From the NCBI GenBank assembly GCA_964581795.1, contig CAZOPW010000003.1, positions 1 to 61,091 of the forward strand: a stretch of DNA of 61,091 nucleotides, read 5' to 3'. Made by a program: the position numbers and the translations under genes. This stretch comes from an uncultured Thermoplasmatales archaeon (GTDB lineage Archaea > Thermoplasmatota > E2 > DHVEG-1). This document shows positions 54,375-61,091 of the stretch, piece after piece (position 1 is the first letter of the stretch; every line of letters starts with the position of its first letter). Below the pieces are notes generated by a model. It ran no database searches. It worked only from the letters and a program-made list of their open reading frames with translations, and had not been told where the DNA came from.

Positions 54375-55729
54375 GGATTCTTATCATCAAGATAGTCTGT
54401 CCAAAACGTGGTAAGTTCCGGTAGAAGTAATTCATCCTCGGAAAGAATCGAATAATCCTGTGAAATAATTGAATCAAGATGTTTACCAAGACTTAAATCT
54501 GCTAAATTATCTTGTAAGTAATCTTTTAAGTATCGATATGATCTTTTCACTGTGACATATAACCTATTCTTATGTTGAAATGGTTGTTTCACAGTTGCAG
54601 GATGTTTTTTCCATTTATCTATAAATTCCTGAGCATTTTTTTCTAGGTGTACTGGTGGGCCCATATGTACAAATGTTTTTGATAAAGGTGAATCATTTGT
54701 TTTTATGATAATATACACCTTATCTAATTTGTTGTTTATGTGAAAACGAATATCATAAATCGTAAAATCTTCTTGCTTACTTGCTTTTTTAATTGCGTTA
54801 CATGCTTTTCGAAGTTGTGGGAACAGATTTTCATTTATAATGTGAGGTTTTTTAAACGTAATCCCAAGATAGGAAGCTTGCTGATTTGATATTTTCTCCC
54901 TTATTTTTTCAATGGACCATGGAATTACTGGATTTGGAAAGAAAAACGTTTTTTTTGGATTGTGCAAATATGCTTTGCTTGCTAGTATAAACCGGTGAAA
55001 TGTATGAGGGGCAACTGCTGCTGCCACATTCCGTTCTTTATCTACAGGGTCAATGAAAATTAATGGATCTTCAAAATCTGGAATTGGATAGGAAGTTAAT
55101 GAACGTTTTATTCCTTCTTTCCAAGTAGTAGCATCCCTGAGAAGTTGATGAAAATCATCGTATTTTATTATAAGAAGTTCACAGAGATATCCTGAAAAAC
55201 CTTGTATCTCTGCTTCTGCTCCATAACAGCCTATACCAGTTAGAAATTGTTTGAGCAATCGAACATCTTGTTTTTGATGTTGTTGTAAATGTTTTTTTAC
55301 ATAACGTGTATGTAATGGGGTTCGGTCAACTGCTGAGATTTTTTCTGATGCATCAGAAATCTGATAACAAGGGACTAGTTCTACTTTATATTTTAAAAAA
55401 TTCCCTCGGATATATGGATGTTCTGCATAGCATTCTTCAGTGTTAGCTAGTATTTCACGACCAATTGATATTGTTGTCTTTGCAATGATTTCCTCAGGAA
55501 CGATGGGTGGAAAAATAATGAATAAGTCAATATCTAAATTATGTTTTAGAAATGTATCTTTTGCTGTACTTCCTACTAGTTCAATAGTTGGCTGTTGATG
55601 GGTTTCTTTTAGTTTCTCTTGAACGGTTTCTATAAGAATAGTGATTGTTTTTTGTAGTTGATTTCTATCTGATTCTGAAGGTGTGATTTTTTCAAGAATT
55701 TGCTGTTCTAAACTAGTAAATTGATTCAT
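54362..55729 (-). CDS. cca: CCA-adding tRNA nucleotidyltransferase, archaeal class I
   Basis: 455 aa. GSTAKDTFLKHNLDIDLFI nucleotidyltransferase motif and the archaeal CCA enzyme layout. Confidence 0.88.
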   Translation of the reverse strand: MNQFTSLEQQILEKITPSESDRNQLQKTITILIETVQEKLKETHQQPTIELVGSTAKDTFLKHNLDIDLFIIFPPIVPEEIIAKTTISIGREILANTEECYAEHPYIRGNFLKYKVELVPCYQISDASEKISAVDRTPLHTRYVKKHLQQHQKQDVRLLKQFLTGIGCYGAEAEIQGFSGYLCELLIIKYDDFHQLLRDATTWKEGIKRSLTSYPIPDFEDPLIFIDPVDKERNVAAAVAPHTFHRFILASKAYLHNPKKTFFFPNPVIPWSIEKIREKISNQQASYLGITFKKPHIINENLFPQLRKACNAIKKASKQEDFTIYDIRFHINNKLDKVYIIIKTNDSPLSKTFVHMGPPVHLEKNAQEFIDKWKKHPATVKQPFQHKNRLYVTVKRSYRYLKDYLQDNLADLSLGKHLDSIISQDYSILSEDELLLPELTTFWTDYLDDKNPWER

Positions 55730-56414
55730 GATGGTTCATCCATTTGATTGTTTTCTGTGATAAATATATCGCCAAAAGGGCAACTATGATTCCCCCAATA
55801 ACATCTAGGATCCAATGAATGGATAAATACAGGACAGATATAATAACAGTTACCATTACAAATATACCTAGGTATTGAAATCGTTTATTTTCTGTTAAAA
55901 AAATTGTTCTAGTGATGATAATAATCATTGCAGTATGAAGTGAAGGAAAACAATTATTTTGTGTGGTGGTTGTATAAAAAAATGTTTCAATATCAGGGAT
56001 GAAAGAATTTAACGCTGAAGGGAGATCGTAATGAGTATACACATTAGTAATTGGGAAGAATAAATAAAATGGAAGAGCAAAAATATAAAGAAAGAAAAGG
56101 GAAAAACCAAGAGTTTTCAACATGATTTTTTGATTTGTTATTATTGAATACAACGGAGTGAACCAAAGAGTGAATGGATAAAAAATGATATAGATGAATA
56201 CAAAAAATATTATAATAGCAGGAATCCAAAATGAAGAGAATGCTGCAATGACATCTGCTTCGATACCTGCTATCCAACTGGTAAAATCAGAACAGACGAA
56301 TTCTGTTGTTATAGGATCAATGACATTTACTTCAAAAAGATGAAACAAAACCACGCCTAAAATGAGAAGAAGAGGATAACGAGCCGAATACGTGTTTTGA
56401 ATGGTTTTTTTCAA
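55713..56414 (-). CDS. PAP2-superfamily integral membrane protein (PAP2_C / lipid phosphate transferase-like)
   Basis: Multi-TM protein with FPSLHTA and SIHWILDVIGG (C2/C3-like PAP2 motifs). Confidence 0.6.
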   Translation of the reverse strand: MKKTIQNTYSARYPLLLILGVVLFHLFEVNVIDPITTEFVCSDFTSWIAGIEADVIAAFSSFWIPAIIIFFVFIYIIFYPFTLWFTPLYSIITNQKIMLKTLGFSLFFLYIFALPFYLFFPITNVYTHYDLPSALNSFIPDIETFFYTTTTQNNCFPSLHTAMIIIITRTIFLTENKRFQYLGIFVMVTVIISVLYLSIHWILDVIGGIIVALLAIYLSQKTIKWMNHHESIY

Positions 56415-56527
56415 TGGTTGTTGAAAATATTTTTTAGGTAAAACAAGGAAACTAACTATGAAAAAAAGAATGACTTGTGAAACGATAAAGATGACTAACC
56501 AATCTAACGCGTTTATCCGCTCCTATA

Positions 56528-57088
56528 TCATTCTTCTAGTTGAACCGTGGAAAGTGTTTCATAAATCGGCCCGTTTGGAGTAAGAGTACTCTTTTTCAAA
56601 TTGATACTATTCACAGGAATTTCAGCGAAGCAGATATCATGATATTTTTGTAACAATGAAATGATTTCATCTTTTCCTCGAGCACTTTTCATTCGACCGA
56701 TGGTTAGGTGTGCGGAAAATCCTCTTTTGTCTTTTTTCACTCCAATTTTTGTACATTGTTCATTTAAAATATCTGCGATAGTACTGAGGTGTTCAGCTCC
56801 TTTGATGCCTAACCAAATAACTTTAATGTAATTTTCATTTGGAAACACGCCGGTTCCTTCTAATCGTAACATATGAGGTTGAATTGATTTTACAGCATCT
56901 TTCATAATTGATTCAATTGCTTGAATTTGATTTAAGGGAGTATCCCCAAGGAATTTAAGCGTTATATGAATGTTTTGTGGTTCTACGAGTTTAACATTTG
57001 CATTAGATCGTTGAATATCTATTTGAAATTGTTCGATTTGATTTGAAACAGGGACTTCTACAGCAATAAATCCTCTAAATGTTTCCAT
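56528..57088 (-). CDS. thpR: RNA 2',3'-cyclic phosphodiesterase (2H family, ThpR/LigT)
   Basis: Two HxT motifs (HITLKFLG and HLTIGR) at the expected spacing. Confidence 0.88.
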   Translation of the reverse strand: METFRGFIAVEVPVSNQIEQFQIDIQRSNANVKLVEPQNIHITLKFLGDTPLNQIQAIESIMKDAVKSIQPHMLRLEGTGVFPNENYIKVIWLGIKGAEHLSTIADILNEQCTKIGVKKDKRGFSAHLTIGRMKSARGKDEIISLLQKYHDICFAEIPVNSINLKKSTLTPNGPIYETLSTVQLEE

Positions 57089-57234
57089 ACTATCAATCTA
57101 TCCTTTTCATATCTGATATTGTGTTTTCATACAAAAAAATACTGCAGAAACAAGGCAGAAATTCACTTTTTGATAACAACTGTAAAATAATGTATATAAA
57201 CCGGTTGAAACCAAAAAGAATAGTTGTGAGGTTG

Positions 57235-58152
57235 ATGAGAACAAATCATCTTAATATTGGTTTAAATAAAGCTTTTTTTTCCTTGATTAGACCCTTTACT
57301 TTAGCCGCTCCTTTTGTGGTTTCAATTAGTATTATGATTGCAAGTTTCTTTTATCAACCAACAAGTCAGGATTTCATCAGTAGCTTTTTCACACTGATTC
57401 TTCCAGCGAGTTTTTCTCTAGCTATTTTAAATGGTGCTTCAAATGCGTTAAATCAAGCAACTGATTACCGGACTGATTCTATTTCTAAACCATATCGACC
57501 TATTCCAAAAGGAATTCTCTCTGTAAATCAAGCAAAAATCATAGCTCTTGGATTGTATGGTATCTCATTTTCCATTGCTTTTTATATCCATCTCACCTTT
57601 TTGATAGTGGTTTCATTAATAACTTTGTTTACAGTAACATATTCATTATTTCCAAGGATGAAAGATAAATTATTTTTCAATCAACTTTGGATTGCAATTC
57701 CCCGAGGATTCTTAGGAATCATTGCATCTTGGAGTGTGTTTGGATCAGTTCTTCAACCCCTCCCTCTTATCATTGCAAGTATTGCAGCATTATTTCTTTT
57801 TGGGGGATCAATTACAAAAGATATCACGGATAGTTCAGCCGATAAACAAACAGGGACTCATACACTTGTGAACACTTATGGGGTTCAAAAAGCTGCTATC
57901 TTAAGTTTTCCTTTCTTATTTTTCCCATTTTTACTTATTCCAGCAGCAATTGATGCAGGAATTTTACAAGAGGAATATTGGGCGCTAACATTTTTAGCAA
58001 TCCCTGGTTTCTTCATATTTACATTACTTGTTAAAGATCAAAAACCAAGTCGATTTTTTGAAAACACATCAGCTTGGGCAGTAATGTATGCTACGTATTT
58101 TATTTACGCAATGATGTTTTCAATTTTGTCACTAATCGTTTCTTTTTTCTAA
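57235..58152 (+). CDS. UbiA-family prenyltransferase
   Basis: Multi-TM protein with NALNQATDYRTD (NxxxDxxxD) and a second Asp-rich motif (KDITDSSADK). The start is set at ATG 57235 because the track ORF N-terminus overlaps thpR. Confidence 0.75.
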   Translation: MRTNHLNIGLNKAFFSLIRPFTLAAPFVVSISIMIASFFYQPTSQDFISSFFTLILPASFSLAILNGASNALNQATDYRTDSISKPYRPIPKGILSVNQAKIIALGLYGISFSIAFYIHLTFLIVVSLITLFTVTYSLFPRMKDKLFFNQLWIAIPRGFLGIIASWSVFGSVLQPLPLIIASIAALFLFGGSITKDITDSSADKQTGTHTLVNTYGVQKAAILSFPFLFFPFLLIPAAIDAGILQEEYWALTFLAIPGFFIFTLLVKDQKPSRFFENTSAWAVMYATYFIYAMMFSILSLIVSFF

Positions 58153-58229
58153 CTATACCTTTTTTAATATCACCAATAATTTAAACAATAAAATATAAAA
58201 AACAATACGTGTTGTTCATGTATTAGTGG

Positions 58230-58535
58230 TTGGGAATGAATTTGGATGAGGATAAACCAATTGATGTCATGGTAAAAACAACGATAAATCAAAAGCTACT
58301 CATACTCAGTCTTTTGGGAATTAGTACAAGCAGTCTCTGTACTGGATTATTACTTTATTTTTTCTCTAGTGGATTTATTCCAACGATGAGTAGTCTTATT
58401 GTTGGCATTGTTCTTGTGTTTTTCAGTATATATTTCCCTTTTCAATCCCCAAATTTTTTTCTTGTAGAAAGTGACATAGTTGATATTGAAGAAGAGGAAC
58501 TTGAGGAATTACAAAGTGTTATGAAACCGTGGTAA
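58230..58535 (+). CDS. hypothetical small membrane protein with acidic C-terminus
   Basis: ORF track. Two predicted TM helices. No family recognised. ATG at 58236 is likely the true start. Confidence 0.4.
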   Translation: MGMNLDEDKPIDVMVKTTINQKLLILSLLGISTSSLCTGLLLYFFSSGFIPTMSSLIVGIVLVFFSIYFPFQSPNFFLVESDIVDIEEEELEELQSVMKPW

Positions 58536-58569
58536 AAAAAATTTAATGAAAAAAAGAAAGGATTAAAAA

Positions 58570-60171
58570 TTAATCCCAATCTGTTGGTAGAACTTGTGTT
58601 TCTGTAATATTTCGTGGTGAAAGCCAACGGAGTAAGTTTAGATATGATCCAGCTTTATCATTTGTTCCAGAGTTTCGAGCTCCACCAAATGGTTGACGAG
58701 CGACTACTGCTCCAGTTGGTTTATCATTGATATAAAAGTTTCCTGCCGTGTATCGAAGCATTGATTCAGCTTTTACAATTGCATACCTATCTTGAGCCAT
58801 GATTGACCCAGTCAGTCCGTATGGTGTTGATTCATCACAGAGTTTTAATGTTTCCTCGAATTGATCGTCGGCATATACATAAATTGTGATCACTGGACCA
58901 AAGATTTCCTCAGTCATCAGTTTTGCTGTTGGATTCGTTGTTTGTACAATAGTTGGTTCTATAAACCATCCTTTTGAATCATCATATCCGCCACCAGTTA
59001 GAATCGTATAATCATTTGATTGAGTTGCTTCATCTATATAGGAAATGATTTTTTGATATGCTGCTTCATCAATGACTGCTCCTAGAAAATTATCAAATTT
59101 TTCTACAGGTCCTTGTGTTAGTTCATTTGTTTTTTCAACAATAAGTGTTTTTATCTGTTCCCATTTGCTTTGTGGAATATACGCACGGGATGCTGCTGAA
59201 CATTTTTGTCCTTGATAACCAAATGCACCGTGTATAATACGATCTGCTGTTTTTTCAACATCAGCGGTGTGATGCATAAAAATAAAATCTTTACCACCCG
59301 TTTCACCTACGATTCGTGGGAAATTCTTATATTTCCTAACATTTTGCCCAATCGTTTGCCAAATCTTAGTTAGCGTTTCATAGCTACCTGTGAAGTGAAT
59401 TCCTGCAAAGGATGGATGTTTTAATACAATTTCTGCATGTTTACTTGAAAATGGAACGAAATTTATAACTCCTTTTGGAAGACCTGCTTGTTCTAGGACT
59501 TTCATGATTTCATAATTAGCAAAGGTTACTGATCGAGCAGGTTTCCATAATGTTGTGTTTCCAACAATTGCTGGTGCTGTTGGAAGATTACCACCAATGG
59601 AGTAAAAATTAAATGGTGGAACAGCAAGAATAAATCCTTCAAGTGGACGCCAATCTAATCGGTTGGCTTCACCATGAAATTGATTAGGTTGTCCTTCATA
59701 GATTTGTTTGGTGAAATAACTGTTGAAATTCCAAAAATCAACTAGTTCAGCTAAATCTATTTCAGCTTCATAAGTGTTTTTGGATTGGTTCATCATGATT
59801 GCAGCGATATTTCGATATCGTTTCGGTCCTTGAAGTAACGATGCAGCGTTTTTAAAAACACCAATTCGATGATACCAATCCATATTTGCCCATTGTTGAT
59901 GAGCGTTTAACGCTGCATCAATTGCTTCTTTGAGTTCTTCTTCACCGGCTAAATGAGCTTTCGCAAGAATCACGTTATGATCGTGAGGTGAACGTATGTT
60001 CATCACAACATCTGTTCTCACTTCTTCTCCATTAATGATTAATGGTATTTCAATCGGTTCTTTTTTGATTTTTTTAAGTTCTTGTTCAAGTTTTTTCCGT
60101 TCTTCTGATCCCTTTTCATAACTCAGGATTTTATCCATATCATTGTCTGGTTCTTCAATATTCCAAATCAT
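58570..60171 (-). CDS. L-glutamate gamma-semialdehyde (1-pyrroline-5-carboxylate) dehydrogenase, ALDH4-like
   Basis: ALDH fold with VGETGGKDFIFMHHTAD and catalytic GQKCSAASR. The context resembles the ALDH4A1/PruA type. Confidence 0.8.
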   Translation of the reverse strand: MIWNIEEPDNDMDKILSYEKGSEERKKLEQELKKIKKEPIEIPLIINGEEVRTDVVMNIRSPHDHNVILAKAHLAGEEELKEAIDAALNAHQQWANMDWYHRIGVFKNAASLLQGPKRYRNIAAIMMNQSKNTYEAEIDLAELVDFWNFNSYFTKQIYEGQPNQFHGEANRLDWRPLEGFILAVPPFNFYSIGGNLPTAPAIVGNTTLWKPARSVTFANYEIMKVLEQAGLPKGVINFVPFSSKHAEIVLKHPSFAGIHFTGSYETLTKIWQTIGQNVRKYKNFPRIVGETGGKDFIFMHHTADVEKTADRIIHGAFGYQGQKCSAASRAYIPQSKWEQIKTLIVEKTNELTQGPVEKFDNFLGAVIDEAAYQKIISYIDEATQSNDYTILTGGGYDDSKGWFIEPTIVQTTNPTAKLMTEEIFGPVITIYVYADDQFEETLKLCDESTPYGLTGSIMAQDRYAIVKAESMLRYTAGNFYINDKPTGAVVARQPFGGARNSGTNDKAGSYLNLLRWLSPRNITETQVLPTDWD

Positions 60172-60172
60172 A

Positions 60173-61091
60173 TTATTTCACTCCTTCAATTTCAAAGGCT
60201 ACCCCTTGAGCAAGTGGGACGTCTTTCCCATAATTAACAGTAACTGTTTGTCTGTGAGCATAAATCTTCCAGGCATCACTGCCGCTTTCTCGTCCGCCAC
60301 CAGTCTCTTTTTCCCCACCAAATGCTCCTCCAATTTCAGCACCAGCAGTACTTGTGTTTACATTTGCTATACCACAATCTGATCCTTTGTGTGATAAAAA
60401 GTATTCTTCTTCACGGATTTTATTAGTGAAAATTGCTGAAGAAAGACCCTGTGGAACATTATTGTGAATCTGTAATGCCTCCTCTATAGTTTTGTATTTC
60501 ATAACGTAAAGAATCGGGGCAAAGGTTTCTTCTTTCACAATATCCATTTCGGGGTTTGCTTCTATAATCGTTGGTTCAACATAAAATCCATTTTCTAAAC
60601 CAGCGATTTGTTTAACATTTCCCCCAGTTATCAGGTTACCTCCTTGTTGTTGAGCGTTTTTCACTGCAGCTTCATAATTTTCTACTGCTTCTTCATCTAT
60701 AAGCGGTCCAACAAGAACGGTTGGATCAAGTGGGTTTCCAATGCTTACGTTCTCATACACGTTTTTAATTTTTTTCAAAAAAGTTTCATAAATGTTATCT
60801 TGTAAAATAAGTCGTCGAGTTGATGTACAACGTTGACCAGCGGTTGCAAGTGCTCCAAAAGCAACTCCTTTCACTGCATTATTGATATCGCAACTATCTG
60901 TGACGATGGCGCCATTGTTACCACCAAGTTCAAGTAATGTTTTCCCTATTCGTTTCCCAACGATTTCTCCGACTTTACGTCCGGTTTTCACTGATCCAGT
61001 AAAGGAAATCAATGGGAATCGTTCTTCATTTAAGAAAACATCTCCTATTTCACTTCCTTTTCCTACAAGTAAGAAAAAGATAGGTTTTAAG
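60173..61091 (-). CDS. aldehyde dehydrogenase, ALDH7 (antiquitin / aminoadipate-semialdehyde dehydrogenase)-like; N-terminus beyond the right edge
   Basis: The frame stays open to the window end (hand translated ...LKPIFFLLVGKGSEIGDVFLNEERFPLISFTGS...). ELGGNN, GQRCTS and an ALDH7-like C-terminus GGGRESGSDAWKIY...NYGKDVPLAQGV. Confidence 0.8.
   Translation of the reverse strand, partial: LKPIFFLLVGKGSEIGDVFLNEERFPLISFTGSVKTGRKVGEIVGKRIGKTLLELGGNNGAIVTDSCDINNAVKGVAFGALATAGQRCTSTRRLILQDNIYETFLKKIKNVYENVSIGNPLDPTVLVGPLIDEEAVENYEAAVKNAQQQGGNLITGGNVKQIAGLENGFYVEPTIIEANPEMDIVKEETFAPILYVMKYKTIEEALQIHNNVPQGLSSAIFTNKIREEEYFLSHKGSDCGIANVNTSTAGAEIGGAFGGEKETGGGRESGSDAWKIYAHRQTVTVNYGKDVPLAQGVAFEIEGVK

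Overview
This is a visibly AT-rich stretch of an archaeal chromosome. The archaeal assignment rests on class I LysRS, aSUI1, the Rpp29 RNase P protein, L19e/L32e/S4e, RpoK, MBF1, deoxyhypusine synthase, ArcS and a class I CCA-adding enzyme. A euryarchaeal, Thermoplasmatota-like lineage is only my guess from the gene order L29-SUI1-Rpp29-S17 and the PGF-CTERM sorting signals.

Most of the window is ordinary core genome:
- a 23-gene ribosomal protein cluster, rpl3 to rpl30, on the minus strand at 29.1-41.4 kb, followed by a small ORF, rpoK and rps2;
- translation and tRNA-modification genes (alaS, lysS, cca, arcS, an MtaB-like methylthiotransferase, tsaC, map, dys);
- central metabolism (gap, pgk, purH, leuCD-type dehydratase, two aldehyde dehydrogenases);
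- one tRNA-Ala(CGC).

I found no CRISPR array, transposase, integrase, reverse transcriptase or rRNA. Three real genes below the 60-aa ORF-track cutoff were recovered by hand translation: Sec61-beta, RpoK (TTG start) and zinc-type S14. An edge-truncated AMP-dependent ligase and an edge-truncated ALDH were recovered the same way.

The parts I cannot explain with known systems are:
1. A tandemly duplicated, translationally coupled two-gene cassette of secreted envelope proteins at 20.7-25.7 kb. One partner is PGF-CTERM anchored and the other is TM anchored.
2. Matching (HhH)2 modules fused through K/E-rich linkers to ribosomal proteins S3 and L32e. L24 carries a long K/E tail, and rps3 and rpl24 share a 27-nt exact repeat.
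3. A cluster of two KaiC-like ATPases with a Pilin_N-type protein at 42.1-45.2 kb.
4. Two paralogous ~50-70 aa proteins, one sitting at the rearranged end of the ribosomal cluster.
5. An AT-rich islet of three membrane or secreted hypothetical proteins at 47.6-50.0 kb.

All functional calls come from motif recognition by eye. No searches or calculations beyond hand alignment were possible.
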